Position numbers and translations under genes: made by a program. The notes under the pieces are model-generated. The model did not search any database and was not told the DNA's origin. It saw only the letters and a list, made by a program, of their open reading frames with translations. A stretch of 64,000 bases of DNA from Lama glama (Eukaryota), in assembly GCA_028534125.1 (NCBI GenBank), contig CM052817.1:75766001-75830000 (forward strand), given 5' to 3'. How positions within the stretch are numbered: position 1 is the first letter of the stretch; the number at the start of each line of letters is the position of its first letter. Of the stretch, positions 14,110 to 28,170 are shown one piece after another.

Positions 14110-14663
14110 AATAAATTAACTCAATTTGTCAGTTCCTTGGATTATTTTAAATTCTTTACCATGACAAGCCAAATCTCCCCACTTAAAAGAGACCCAGTCA
14201 AGTCATATAACACTTTTTGTTAAATTGGATTCTTGCAAAATATGCTACCCGTGTTGATTGTAAATCAGTTGGCTCTTATGCCAGACCTCTAAAGTTAGAA
14301 TGATTTGTGATGATACTGCTTCTTTTTAGAAATAGTGACTTTGGAAATATATACAAAATACCACTATCAAAATAGGTGTGTCCCAGAAAAATATGTGATC
14401 TGTAACATTAGGTTTCTAAACTTGTTTAGTAAGATTTATTACCATTAGAATGATTATTTGTGTTTTCTTTATTTTAACTCTTTAACAGAAACTAAACATT
14501 ACATTTGTGATTTTAAATTAAAAGAGATTTATTCAAAACATTTTAATATAAATTACTTAATGTGAAAATGTTTGAAAACATCCTCAAAATTATAGATCAT
14601 TCTCAAGTGCATACTCTATGAGTATAATAATAACCAGACTCCTGTTCCCTTCAATTCACCACT

Positions 14664-15234
14664 TGAGTTAGGCAGAACTCTAAGACGACCTCTACTGACA
14701 TTTGTTCTTCTGTAAATCCTTCCTCTTTTGTGTGTGTGGAACCTATGAATATGAGACATCAATTGCTAGATTATGGTAAATCATGGCAAAGGGGAAATCA
14801 TACCATGTGGACTTAGCATTACCCTTTAAAAAAAGAGTTTTCTCTGGCAGCAGAAGAGGAACTCAGAGATTTGAAACACAGTAGGGTTTGACTTGCTCTT
14901 GTGACTTGAAAATGAAGGGGGCACGTGGGAACGAATGTGAGTAAGCTATAAGAGAGGAGAACAGCTGCTGGTCAACAGCTGGCAAGAAAATTGGCCCTTG
15001 AGTCCTCTGACCACAAGGAAATTAATTCGGTCAGCCACAAGTGAACTTCAAAGAAGACCCTGATGTAAACTGCAGCCCTAGCCAACAAGGGAGTTCATCC
15101 CAGTGAGACCCTGAGCAGAGAATCCAGCCAAGCCATGCCAGATTTACAGACAGGAAATGTGCGATAAAAGAGTATGGTGATTTAAGCCATGAAGTTTGTG
15201 GTAATTTGTTACACATCAGTAGAAAATGAATCCA
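14664..15234 (+). mobile_element. MaLR solo LTR (MLT1E-like)
   Basis: 'ggcagaactctaaga', 'acagctggcaagaaaattggcc', 'gtgagaccctgagcagagaatccagccaagccatgcc', 'tttgtggtaatttgttacacatcagtagaaaatgaat'. Confidence 0.85.
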
Positions 15235-17405
15235 TTCCTAGAGTACATCTCAGAAAATGCTAGATCTGATCCTTTAAAGTCATTTTCCATCCACCAAAGA
15301 GTTAAGAGGAGGGTATTAGTTCAGCAGGAATATTGACTAGAGGGAACATAATCAGAAAAAGATAAAATTTAAAGACAAAATGGAGTGACAGCAATAAGAT
15401 TATCCATTAATCTGGTTGGCAAATTAGTTTTTCAAGACCTGGCAAGAGAGGTCAAGATGAATCTTCTTAAACATAGGCATCATGAATTTCAGAGGGTCTT
15501 CTAAAGAGGGATGTGTTCCAACTCCTGATTGTATAGCATTTAACATTTCCTGCAGTGACCACAACCCCTTGGATTTAGTAGCAATAAAAATTAGTACAAG
15601 ATGTAGCAGTGTTAGCATTTATCAGTGTGGCTTTCTCAGTTATGATTTGCAACACTTGGCCTTAACACACATAATTTTCTTCTATTTTATCTCACATGGC
15701 TAGGAAAATTAACCTTAGCACCTGTAAACACAAAAAATGTTTTTTTAAACAAAAGCACAGCCTGGTGAGAATTACACCTTTGAATCTGAGGATCACAGAG
15801 TGCAGCCAGGAATCAAGCACTAAATATGGTGTGTATTCTTGCAACAAAGTGATAAACAGGCTGTGTGACAAATCTCCATTACATAGTTAGGACAAGCATA
15901 ATATAACATGCATTTTTTCACTGAATGTAACAATAAACACTTTAGAAAAAACTAGAGATGTTGCTGGAAACTGCCATGATTGTTCAACTTGGTTAGGAAA
16001 TAAATTTATGATAGGATTTGCACACCATTGGTGGGAAGAAATTTAGCAGACAATAAATCTGTAGTTATGATTATATAAAGTTGGATCTGATTTATAAAGC
16101 TTTTTAGGGTTGGTATTTAAGACAAAAAATTTCTTTAAAAGATCTGTAGTTGTTTGACCATCTAAAGAAAGCACAAGAAATAATCCTTAAAATTGTATGA
16201 GAGGAAATTAATTATTTTGATTAGTTAGTACATTGTTGCTGTTGAAAGAACAGTACTCAGAGAAAAACTACATTTTAGCAAGTTTATATTCCTAAATATT
16301 TTCAAAATGGCCGAAATTACCAAGTAGATTTTCAGAAATCTATTTAGGGAATAACAGATTCCTCAAATGAATGGTCAGTGTGTATTTATAGTCCTTCCAA
16401 AATAATGATATCCTAACTATCAAAACACAATCTTTATTTCAGCAATTAGAATATATTCTGTTATCAGTGATTGACATTTTAAAATAATTTAGGAAATTAC
16501 ATGTAAATAATGATCTGCAGTTTGGAGAATAAAGAACTAAGATACTCTAACACATATAATTTGGAAGGTTTTCCATTTCTTAGCATCTTAATTCTTTTTA
16601 TTTAAGGAAAAAGTATTTAATGGCTTTATACTAATAACAATCAAGCATTTATTCAAGCAGTCTGAACATTAAGAAACAACATGCTTCAGGTGGAAAACAC
16701 TGATTATAAGCAGCCTGCTTGAGAATGTTCAGAAACAAGGATTATATGCTAGTCAGACTAATAAACATTTTAAGGCCACCAAAAGGACTAACAAGGTATG
16801 AGGAGCTCTTGGAAGATTAACTATAGCACTGAAGCACTAAATAAAATGATGGTATAAAATGACTATCTTATGCCTGGTGCAAAGCAGATAAACAAAAAGG
16901 ATTATTTTCTTCTTCCATTCTAACAAACTTAATTTTATACATTCCTTAACTTGTCAATTGAATGTGCCACAAGAGAGTCATGTGAAACTTAGTACAAAGG
17001 ACTAAGACAGATTCAGGCACTTGATCTTACTGCATATTCTGAGAACTTGGACTGCTTGATTGTCATTCCTCTATCCAGGATAAAAATAAAATTCTCATAA
17101 AGACAATAGATAAACTATCTTATTCCTCTTTACAATTTAGAGCTTACACTTGATTTTTTTTTCAGATTCTTCTATCTACATTATTTTTTTAAAAAATGTA
17201 TTATAGTCTAGCTGCTGGAAAAGCCAAAATTTTCCAATATCAATCATATCAGTATTGAATTTCATGCTCTCTGCGCTCTTTGTTATAAAAGAAAGACAAT
17301 ATTGATATATTAGGCAAAATAAAATCTAACTGCCTATTTCTTGAATAGGCAAACTAATCATTTAGACTCTCCAAACAGGATGACTTCCTATCTCATATAA
17401 AATGT

Positions 17406-17471
17406 AAAAAAAAAAAAAAAAAAAAGCTATTCAAAGTGATATAATGGAGATACGGGTTTTATTCTAAATCT

Positions 17472-17498
<27 letters not shown>
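17406..17498. repeat. Two poly(A) runs: A20 (17406-17425) and A27 (17472-17498)
   Basis: Read directly from the sequence. Confidence 0.95.
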
Positions 17499-17502
<4 letters not shown>

Positions 17503-17632
17503 CTTAACTCTTCCCCTGTAAATAGAACATATTTAGAGTTGGAGGAGGATATGCTTTGCCTAAAAGATAGGGTGGCTTTCTCCATGAAAGCAGAGCTTTC
17601 TACATGGCAGCAGAAATAAAGAGAACAATCAC

Positions 17633-18211
17633 TTTTGCAAACAGGTTCCCAGATGAGCCAAATAACTCAGCGACAGGGTTTTGGAGCTTAGAAGAAAAGA
17701 GACAGCTTTATTGCTTTACCAGGCAAAAGGGACTCACAGCAGGCTAGTGCCTTCAAGACTGTGAGCCCATCTTAGGGGCTGGGGCAGGGTGATTATATAG
17801 CCATAGCTTAAACAGTAAAGCATTGCGAACAGTCAACAGAATCATTTTCTTCTCATAGAGTCAGAGTGGCGTCATGGTGTCTCCAGGTGACCAGTAGAAG
17901 CTAGTGGTTGCTCTTTCCATCTCTTTATCTTATAAGCACCCAAGGCGTGGTCTTCTCGGTAATTCAGGCTATTTTGTAAGGTTGCAGTCCCGTGACCTTC
18001 TCCCTGGAGAATGACTCAGAGACCAAGCATGATTATTACTTTTGATTACTGGAGTAAAGTAGAAACAGTAAAATTAGTAGCTTTATTTTAACAATGGGCC
18101 TGGAGGTGTGAGTAACAACTGGCCAGTCAGGTTAGTTGACTGTTTTAAGGGCAAGCATAAGAATAAGCAATCTGTTAGCCTAAGTGTGGCCATTTTATTA
18201 ATTCTCCTTCA
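17633..18211 (-). mobile_element. ERV1-class solo LTR (lineage-specific-looking)
   Basis: Plus strand ends '...ctccttca' (TG start on minus). Minus-strand TATA ('gattatatagcc' ~17791) lies upstream of minus-strand AATAAA ('ctttattg' ~17706). U5-like 'acaggttcccagatgagccaaataac'. Higher GC than flanks. Confidence 0.8.
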
Positions 18212-19879
18212 TGATTACTAGAAAACAACAGGCAAAAACTTTTTCCACAGGAGACAAATTCTAGCTGGCATTAATTACCATCTATGTATGTGTATATAAA
18301 AGGGAGAAGAAGGGACTCAAACATGTCTCTAAGTGACTTCTCTCCCAGGGAGGTGGGGTAGATGCCCTCCCATTTCTTCAGAATGTTCTCCAACATCTGG
18401 AGGATGCACTAGAGTCCCAGCTAAAATTGAGTGACATTTCAGTTTTCAGGTTCAAGAAAACTATTCTTTAAATAATCTCCTTAAACAATTTAACTAGATA
18501 AATCTGTTTTATGTCATATCTAGATTTCTTAGGATGTATTTCAGAAGGAAAGGTAACAAAATAAAAATTGCTTGCTAGGATGTAAATGTGTGTGGGTTTA
18601 AAAAAATATACATGTCATTGCTAATTTGGGGATGAAAAGGGACATCACTTTGTTTTATTTTGTCTTCTTTTTAACTATAGCCGAAAATAATAAGCTTTAC
18701 CCAAGTGTTGTTTTCCTGAATTTTCATTCTGTTACAGTACTTCGCAGTATGCCTTAAAGGACTAACCTCATTGCCTTAGTCTCTCCGAGCTGGAAGAGAG
18801 AAAGTTATGTAAAGCCTGCATTTTGTATCCAAAGAGAGGTCTAAATCATTTTAATGCAATGTCATACAATTTTCATGGTGTCTTTAAATTTAACTGATGC
18901 TACTGAAAGTTGACATCTCACTGTAAAGGGCCAGTTTCTCTTCACAGCCAGCTTTCTTCTGAGGAAGCAGGCTTCCCCAATCAAGCTTCGCTTTCATTTG
19001 CTTTGTCAAGTGAAAAACTAAACAAAACAGACAAAACAAAACAAAAAGACTTTTGTTTTCTCCACGATAAATAACAAAGTCTTTTCAAGAGGAAAGACTA
19101 AGATTGGGTGCACAGAATACATTATCATGTCAATAACATTCTAACATTGTGGAGGCAATAGCTCTTAAACTACATGGGGTAAACAATTCTGCAAGGTAAA
19201 TGTCATGTTACTCAAACATAATATAAGATATTTGGATAAAATAAGGAAACAGAGACACAAGTTTTGGAAATCTTATATAGAATGACATGTACTGTGTCTC
19301 CTAACAACTTATGAACCAAACTCAAAAACTGGTTAAATGATTAATTAATATGCATTTGTGATCCACTGAGACATAGTAGTTATCTTTTGGGAAGCAGAAA
19401 GTTGCTTAGTTCACTTAATCGTAGCTATTTAAAACATGTCCTCAGTAATTTTTAAGATATGCAGTAATATGTGAGTAGAAGAAAACCCCCATCTCCCTCT
19501 CTTAGAAGAAACCGTTTTTACATTTCTCTGGGTATCTTGCATATAAAGTTATTGCTTTAGATAATGTATTTTCTTAAACATCCTTATTGAACATTTTAAA
19601 AACTTTATTAAATGATAAAATATTTTAAAAATAAGAGTTTTAATATTCATTCCTTGGTTTTTTGTAACCAATTACTTATTTTTAAATATACAAATGAATT
19701 GTCTAAAGTATTTACCCAACCCTAGTAACTCACATTCTTGATAACTTTTCTGTTCAATGCAGAAGTTATTTTATAACATAGGCTATAAAAATATAATAGT
19801 AAATAATTCACAATACAGATCTTTTATTGTCTATATAGTAATAATACTCAAATTTGTGTTTTGATTTATAGACTTATTC

Positions 19880-20085
19880 CAGAACATCCTCCTAAGTTCA
19901 CCTGCTAATTCTGCATTCTCAACTGAAAGACGCCTATTGGAATCTCAATCTTAATACATTTAAACCAGAATTTGTGATACCACCCTGCACCCTGCCCAAC
20001 AACTTGATTATCCCCATATCCTTCCCACTTGAAACTTAACACCTCCAAATCAAAATCTGCAAAAAGCCCCTTGATTCCTCTTAGG
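19880..20085 (+). mobile_element. L2 LINE relic
   Basis: 'ggaatctcaatcttaatacatttaaaccagaatt...ccttgattcctct' resembles the L2 3' region. Confidence 0.55.
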
Positions 20086-21959
20086 TGTTCTCCATATTTT
20101 TGAAGTAATACTTTGTAATACAGTGATTTAAGTGACTACATATACACATAGATTTTTCAATGCTTGTTTTCAATGCTTACAGAGAAGAAAAAGATAACTT
20201 ATCAAAATATATTGATCTTAAAGGAATAAGTTTGTCTTGGGCGGCATGAACTGAATTATGATAGTTCATTTTCAATCACAATATTCACTTGTTAAAAATT
20301 CAGCTCATAAATTTTCATCTTCAGTGATATCAGTCACTTTTAAAACCCAATCAGTGTATATTATAATAATGTTGATTACCTTTTCAAATTCTACTGAAAC
20401 TTTCCATGTGGAAAATAATTTAAATGGTTCGTTAGAACATTTCTTTCCCAAGTTGTATGAAGTGTCATGAGAATTCTGTGGGTAAGATATTTATCTTATA
20501 TTGGTAGCAGAATTGCAGTGTGTGATTAACAGAGAGCTGACAAAGAACCAAGGTAAAGGATACAAGTATCTGTACTTTAGGTAGAGAACAGGGAAACGTA
20601 GCTGCAATAAGATGAACAGCAGACAAGTGTACCCAACTCTGAGGTGCAAATTTTGCTGGCACTTCAAGGCACTTTGTTGTCCCTAGTGCTAATTCCACCT
20701 CCTAATGGAGATGAAGAAACAATATGCTCCCCTTAGGCTCATCCAGCCTCCTCTGGAAAGCTACTGCCTACAAATTCCTGAAAACAACCTCCCGCACATT
20801 CCACCCAGCCTGCAGTATGGATCAAAGGTTAATTTCCCGTTGGTTCTTAGTAGGCTGAAGCTTAAGAATACTTGAGTCTCTTCTAGGTGCTAGGACCCTT
20901 TCCAAATCACTATTTTCAAATTTATGTCTTCACAAAACAAGTTCTATTTTAGAAGCAGTTCCCTGGAACAGGTTAAGTGCATCTGTTTGTTTTTCAAAAC
21001 GATCTGCTTGGTGACGTAATTCTGACATCTCCTTATCATTCTAGCAAAGATGAACAGATTTTAGAATATATATTTCTATAAAATGTGTATCTGCTATGTA
21101 CTTTCGTCAAGTGTTTGAATGAACTATGATCATCTCCTGTAGTTCTTTGTAGAATTTTTGCATTGGCTAGGTTATGGATAATTGCACATGAAACATTGTC
21201 TCTATGATCATACTCCAGAATATTTTTAATTAAAATTTTTAAGTCAAAATAACCACTCTTTGAAAGTTAACACAAAAATAGCTTTTTTATATAAACTGAA
21301 GTATCACAGTCTTTTAGTATCACTAAATAATAAGGAAGTACTCTATCACTTATAGTATTTATTTCATTATCCAAAAAAGCCTAATGCTTGTAAAATAATA
21401 AAGTAATAAAATGTTTACTCTCATACAAATAAAACCTCAACATTTTTGTTAAACTTATTAGCTATTGAGAGAAACAGTGTTACAACTGATTCACAAGAAT
21501 CCAGAATGCCAAACAGACATAGCCAGGGAAGGAATGATGACAAATTTCCAAATACAAGTAACATTGGCAAAGCCATCAATGTACACAGAGCAATAAGCAA
21601 TTGTGTTACAATTGTCAACATTTGCATTTCTCAGGACAAGAATTATTTTTATTGCTATGTTTTATATACTTATAATTTAGAGATTGTAAATAGGTCAGAG
21701 ACAAGATAAGGCAGAGAACCTCAGAGTTTAACAGAATACTCTGTAACTTTGTCATTTGCAGACTTTTCACAGTGTTTCCTGACACTAGCAAATACCAAAA
21801 ACTGATATATTTTAGGAAATCTCTATTTTTCAACAATTCCCTAACAAACCTGTCATGTGATATAATCCCCAAGGTATTTATCATATCTGTTGTTCTTGTG
21901 TGGGCTATTTCCAAATTTAAGTTTTTAATATTACTACAGTCAAAGTTTTATACTTGTAT

Positions 21960-22800
21960 TTCATTCACATTTATATAAAATTTTGTTGGGTATGTATCTA
22001 GAAATAGGATTGCTGGGAAATTTGTATGCATGTGTTTAGATTTAGTAGATATTGCCCAATAGTTTTCCAAAGTAACTCAGCAATCACAACAGCAGTATAT
22101 GAGAGTTCCAACTTTCCCACAATCTTGACAATACTTGATACTGTCTTTTGGACTTTAAGTACTTTGATGGTTGTATATTAAGTTCTATGCTATCTTGGGG
22201 AAGTCATCTGGATAGGTTTTAAGTTAGTTTTCTTTGGTTTTCTAGGCTTGTGTCCATATTATTTACAAATAATTATGATTTTTTTACTTCCATGTTTTCA
22301 TTTATTATATAATTTCTTTCTTTCTCTTTTCTAAGTTAGCTTGCATCTCCAGAAAATGTTTAAGAGTAATTAAATGCTTCCACTGTTTTCTCATTTTACA
22401 TAAATTCATAAATATATACTTAAGTATATCATATTTATGTATATAATTTTTAGAATGTTGAATAAATATAGTTTAATGTCTCCATTATCCAGTATTTTTA
22501 ACTCAAGAGGGCATACAAACTTTATCATATGACTTTCACCAAATGAAGAGGTGATTATAGTTTTTTTCTTAGATATTAACATTGAAATTATATTTTAGTA
22601 TGTGTCTTGAGCTTTAAATATAAAGATAGGTTATGTTTGCCAATACTTTCTTATGATATTGCCCAAATTTAATCAATCAATTGGTCTTTAACTTTTTTTG
22701 TTCAACTTGACTTTTTTTTTTTTTAATTTCAATCTTATACTAAACTCATGGAAAAGATTTTGGAAGTGCTTTTATTTTCCTATGCTTTAGAATAAAATCA
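21960..22800 (-). mobile_element. Ancient L1 (L1ME/L1M5-like) ORF2 fragments
   Basis: 'gggtatgtatctagaaataggattgctggg...ttttccaaagt...cagcagtatatgagagttcca' is the antisense L1 ORF2 3' region; more degenerate L1 follows. Confidence 0.65.
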
Positions 22801-23371
22801 ACATATATTTGAGATGACTATTATAAATTCTTATTAAGGTATAAAAGTAACAGAAGTATTTTTGAGTTTTCAAGTACCCAAAATTTTTTCTTAAATTTTC
22901 CAGAAGCATGAATACTTCTATAAGATGAATGAATAAACCAAAACAAAGAAGTGAATTCATCTTTATCCTTGTTTCTTAGATGATTTAAAATAAATTAAAT
23001 CAGTGTCATTGTTTTCCTGCCATTTCAAACGCAGAAAATCCTTTAATTTCATTGTGTACTCTTCCTTACCTTAATGCTCTCTCTGACTTCTAATTTTATC
23101 TGCTATTTATTTTACATGTCATCTCATTTACTGAGTGTGCTTGGCTGCTCTATTTACCTATCCACATCTTTCTTTGCCAGTCTTCTAGGAGGACCATTTT
23201 AGGATGCACTCATTGGAATTTTTTGAAAAATGACAGTGTGAAATTCTGTTTAAGCATCATTGTTAACACAGATTTTTAACTAACTTTAGACGATATATTT
23301 TGTATCTTTTCATCTTTTGTAAATGGTTTTGCAGGCTAATATATACATATTTTAAAATTTTCTCTCTTCCC

Positions 23372-23819
23372 TGTTAGGGTTCTTTTGCTGGGTCTGAGAA
23401 ATTAGTAGGAGAAAAGTTTACAAATTTATTTGATACAAATTTTATGTGACATGGGAGGCTTCATGAGAAATAAAGACTCAAACAAAAGGCAAAACCTGAA
23501 TACTTTTATACTAGATTCAACAAAGAAAGGCAATTTTGGAAAAGTAGACTGTGTAGGGAAGTTAAAGGAAGACAAGAAAATTTTTAACAAAGTCTGTTTT
23601 TATGAAATTCTCTCTGCCATGGCTCCACCTAGGAGAAAATTTCTTTTTTTCTGGTACAGGGAGGGCGTCTTTTACATGAGAGTTTTTCTTTTTGTTTTCA
23701 GGAATAAAAAGGAAAATTAGAATGTTCTTGCATCTGTTCTTTTTCAAGTGTCTTTAGCTCAGAGTAATCCTTGAGCTAACATGGCATGTTTGGGGATAGC
23801 ATATTCTGCCACTCTTCTA
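23372..23819 (-). mobile_element. ERV1-class solo LTR (MER34-like)
   Basis: Starts 'tgttagggttc'; ends 'ctttagctcagagtaatcctt...tggcatgtttggggatagcatattctgccactcttc', typical of this LTR group. Confidence 0.75.
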
Positions 23820-24649
23820 TGTCACTTTTAGTATTTTCAAAAAGGTTATATAATCCTGTTTAACTGTTTAACGTATACTGATTTTTCCAAATCCAGTTTG
23901 ACATCCACCTAAGAGCCTCTAATTTGATCTAGATTGGGTCTATGTTACCATGCTTTGACCCTAATTTAGAAAAACATCAGTCCAACTATTGTGATTTTGT
24001 TGAATTGCATGATTAAAATTCTTCATTGGAATACCATATTCTGTGAGAAAAATTATGACTTGTACATACTTCAACTCCAACTTTTAGTAGTATTTTTTTT
24101 CTTTAGAAGACTTTCAAGAAATATTTGTTAATTAAGAACACATCTGAGAAGTTTCTCACATTTACTGACCTGATCACAGTCCTTCTGCAGTATGAATCTT
24201 AACTTAGAACTCTTAGACTAAGAGGAAACATGGGAACCTTTAGAAAGCCCATGAGCCAATTTTTGGAAAAGGAAGTCTGCATCTGAAAATCTCTTTTCAT
24301 GTCTCTGGGAAAGGAATGTATGACTGAAATATTTTGAGGGATCAACCTATATTTTCTAAGGCCTTGTTACATGAAAATTCCTTTCAAGAAATTAACTGTT
24401 GAAGACATTTTTTCCCCATGAAACATAAATGTAGGATTATCAGTGGGATCTACTGCGGTTGTACAAATGTGTTTCTGTTCTCCAATAGGAGTTCTGTGGA
24501 AATCATATACTCATATAAAGTAAAAAATTAAATTTAGTTGTGTAAAATGGATATAGTCTTGCAGTCCATATTTCTCTAGCTCGTTCATATGCAAGTGGTA
24601 AATGAGTTAATTATTTAATATAATTTGGAAGTCTCATTGACGTGTGCGT

Positions 24650-24673
24650 CACACACACACACACACACACACA
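24650..24673. repeat. (CA)12 microsatellite
   Basis: Read directly from the sequence. Confidence 0.95.
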
Positions 24674-26959
24674 AGTTGAATGCTAAATTCAGTAACATAG
24701 GCAAGGGGAAACAATACAGAGCGGAATTCTCACTTCTCCCATGATCTTCCTCTTGAGTCAGCCTGACTTCATGCTCTGGCTTGGAAGAGCTTATTCTCAG
24801 TTTTCTCTGATAATTTTAGTTAGGAATCAAATACAGAACAAAGAGCTGGACTCTCTCATCTCTGATGCCACTTCATTTCACACAGAGGTTTTAACTACAT
24901 TTTCGCTTGCACCTTCTGAATATGATTTCCATCTGCCTTTGTTTATGAAACTCAGCTGTTTCATGCTTCTCTTACGTTCCATCAAGTGGCTGTCACCTTT
25001 TTCCTTTGAAAAGGCCAACATTTACTATAATATTTCTTAATGTGTTAGAAATTTTAATGTGTTAGATTTTTATTTGCTTAGTTTTTTGTGTGTTTATGTG
25101 TATTCTGGCTACAAAGTGTGATTGGCCCCATTCCTATTTTTATCCACAGACATGTTTTTACTAAAAAATATTTTTCACAAATGCATATATAGTGTTCAAG
25201 TAGGAACTTCTCTCTATATAATGTTAATATGTTTGATTTAAAAGCTGTGGAACAAACTTTATAAAAAGTATAAAATAGTTGCAATTTTTTACAGAGAGAT
25301 ATTACATATATACACATCAATCCTTAACTTGATAATTCATTCAGAATAACAATTGATGCCCCCAAAATTTACTAAATATACATAATCTCACTTAATAGAC
25401 AACCAATGTACTGGCCTGTTACTTTTCCATAACCTAACTGCATGGCTATGACACAAGGACATTTAACAATAACGGAATGAAACTAACAAGGAATTAGTTT
25501 TAATAGTTATAGAGCATTAACCCTTCCTATTTTATATGTCAAGGAATGAAATTTTAATTTTACATGATTTATGCTTTGTTAGATATTTTATTTCATGACA
25601 ATTTCAGGTCATGGCATAGAGGTTTCAAAAAGATACGTGAAAGGTGTGTACAGACCATGGCTACCAAATCAATAGACCTTAAAAAACCAATTAGTTCTTC
25701 AAATATATACCAAATAGACGAGGTAAACATTCATATGAAAGTCATAAGTAATAAAAGTAAAGAGAAAAGAGAAAGTGATTGCTTTTCAGCAAACCTTTAA
25801 AAAAGTATAAAGCAAAACAGTCTCAAAGAAAATCCTGCAGCTTACAAAATGATTTGCCATTGCAGTGATTAATTCCTAGTTTATAATGGGTTTTATTTTC
25901 ACTCTTTTGCAGTAATACATTCATTTCATGCTCAATTTATACCAGAATTAGTTGCAGAATCCTTTATAAAGATAAAGCTGAACTATATTTAATCTTATCT
26001 TTTGAGCTATAGCAGCATGACATTCTGTAAAACTGGAAGATACTAATGCAATCTACCAATATAATACAGGCAAGAGCTGTTTTTGATCTCTAATGGAAGA
26101 AAAGATGATTTCTTTAACAACATACATAGTTTTGATATATATCAGATAGTATAGATCTATATTATCTTAGTTGATTTGAATCAAATATCAAATTTTAGAG
26201 AGTCATTAGTCTTTGCTTTTACATATATATGTATATGTATATCACTAAATTGTCCAAAAAGGAAAATGTGAGAGAATGCACCACAGTAACAATGGCAAGC
26301 AAGCCTCATATCCATCTTTTTAGTGTATTCCATCACTTGCCAGTTTTACAGGGAGAAAAATTGGAAACTATATGATGGAACAAAATTGGACTTTGTGAGA
26401 GGATTGTAATAATTATAGTAGGAAAAGGATTTTTTTCTTTGGGAAAATAAAGGTTGTATGTGGTAATGATGGTGTAGAATCTCATTTAGTATGAGAGTCT
26501 TGATTAATTAACAGAAGAGTACGTATACCTCTTGTGAATGCAGGATTAAACAAAAACACAGAAACTGAACTCTCTGTAACCTCTTTTGTAGTGTTCTTCA
26601 GCTGGTAAGTATTCTATGCTCATAGATTCCTAGAAATTATCTATGTCATATTGTTAAGCAATATTGCAATTACTGGTTACTTTTTTCTCATATTAATTTG
26701 ACAGTGACATTTCTAATAGACTTTTTAAAAAATTTCTATATCCCTAAAACTTCCGAATGAAGTTGTATAAAGTGACAAATATTTGTAGGGTGAATAAATT
26801 TGGGAAAATGAAAAAATGGATGATTTGAAAATTAGAGATAAAAATAATTTTTGTCAAGATTGAGTATTTCATTTGGAAAATGTTTCCTTCTTTCTCAATG
26901 TGTTTTGGCAAATATAGACTGTATTTATAGGTATTAATTTGTTTGGTAAATGTTCAATA

Positions 26960-27845
26960 TGGGTAAGTGCTGAAGCAACTGGACAATTTTAGGCAAAAAA
27001 TAGAAACAAAAACCAAACTAAACAAAACCCAAAAATAAGCCAAAATAAAACTCTATAATTTACACTATATACAAAAATAAATTGAAAATGGATCATCAAT
27101 TTAAAAGTAAAATGTAAAGCTATAAAACACTTAGAAGAAAACCAAGGACCATGTACACATTGATTCAAAATAATTCATTGACTTAAATATAAAAATTATA
27201 GAGTTTTTAGAAGAAAACCATAGAGAAATTTTTAGACATGACAACAAATGCATAGTCAGAAATAAAAAGAATTGCTAGATTGATCTTTATCAAAATTAAG
27301 ACCATTCATATTGAAAAGATCCTGTTATTAGGGTGAAAGACAAGTTATAGATTGGGCTGAAAATACTGACAAACCACATATCTGAGAAAAGTCTTGTATC
27401 TAGAATATATGAAGAACTTCTACAACTCGGCAGTAAAAGCAAACAACCAACCCAGTTAGAAAATGGGCAAAGACATAAACAGGCTTTTTCCAAGAGGAGA
27501 TGCAGATGAGAAATAAACATAAAAGATGTTCAACAGCAATAGCCATGGGAGAAATATAAATTAAATCTATCACTACAGGTACAGAGATATCACTACACAC
27601 TTTTGAAACAGCTGAACTTAAAAAACTAATCATAATTGTAACATCAAAGGCTGGCAAGGATGTAAAGAAACTGGATGCCTTGTATGTACATTATGGGAAA
27701 GTATAACAGTATAGCCTTTCTGGAAAATGCTTGATAGTTTCTTGTTAAACCAAGCATGCATTTATCTTAAGCCTAAACAATTGTGCTCTGGAATATTATC
27801 TTAGAGAAATAAAAAACTTTCATAAAAAACTTGTGCATCAATGAA
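26960..27845 (+). mobile_element. Old L1 (L1MC/MD-like) ORF2 C-terminal fragment
   Basis: 'aaaatggatcatcaatttaaaagtaaaatgtaaagctataaaacacttagaagaaaac', 'gtcttgtatctagaatatatgaagaact', 'gctggcaaggatgtaaagaaactgga'. Confidence 0.85.
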
Positions 27846-27899
27846 ACTGGCACCTACGTTAAGAAAGAGAACATTTCACCTTACAAGAGCCTTGTTTGT

Positions 27900-28170
27900 A
27901 ACTCTGTTCTCCCACAGTGAGGAATTTAGTTATTATCCTTATTTGATTATTAGAAGTTTATTTATTTGATCCATCCCACTGTGTATAAACAACGTCTCAT
28001 CCCTTCTGGTTCCCTCCTTCTGTTCTTGGGTTCTGACTGTCTACGCTCTGGAAATCCACTCTGGGCTGTCCCTATTACTTCCACTCCCTGCCCCTCATGA
28101 ATATGCGCTTTGTCCCCTCCCCACCACTTAAACTCCAACATCTCACACTGGGCAGACACAGATTCCTCTA
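27900..28170 (-). mobile_element. Ancient L1 3'UTR relic (L1ME4-like)
   Basis: Repeated C-rich motifs 'cttgggttctgac', 'ctccaacatctcacactgggc' recalled from L1ME4-type 3' ends. Confidence 0.45.

Noticed and set aside
17406..17498. Twin poly(A) runs as retrocopy tails
   Set aside because: No nearby upstream AATAAA, no TSD and no recognisable retroposed body
26544..26610. Possible small exon ending in a consensus donor CTG|GTAAGT
   Set aside because: Isolated splice-like signals; the peptide is unrecognised; such hexamers occur frequently at random
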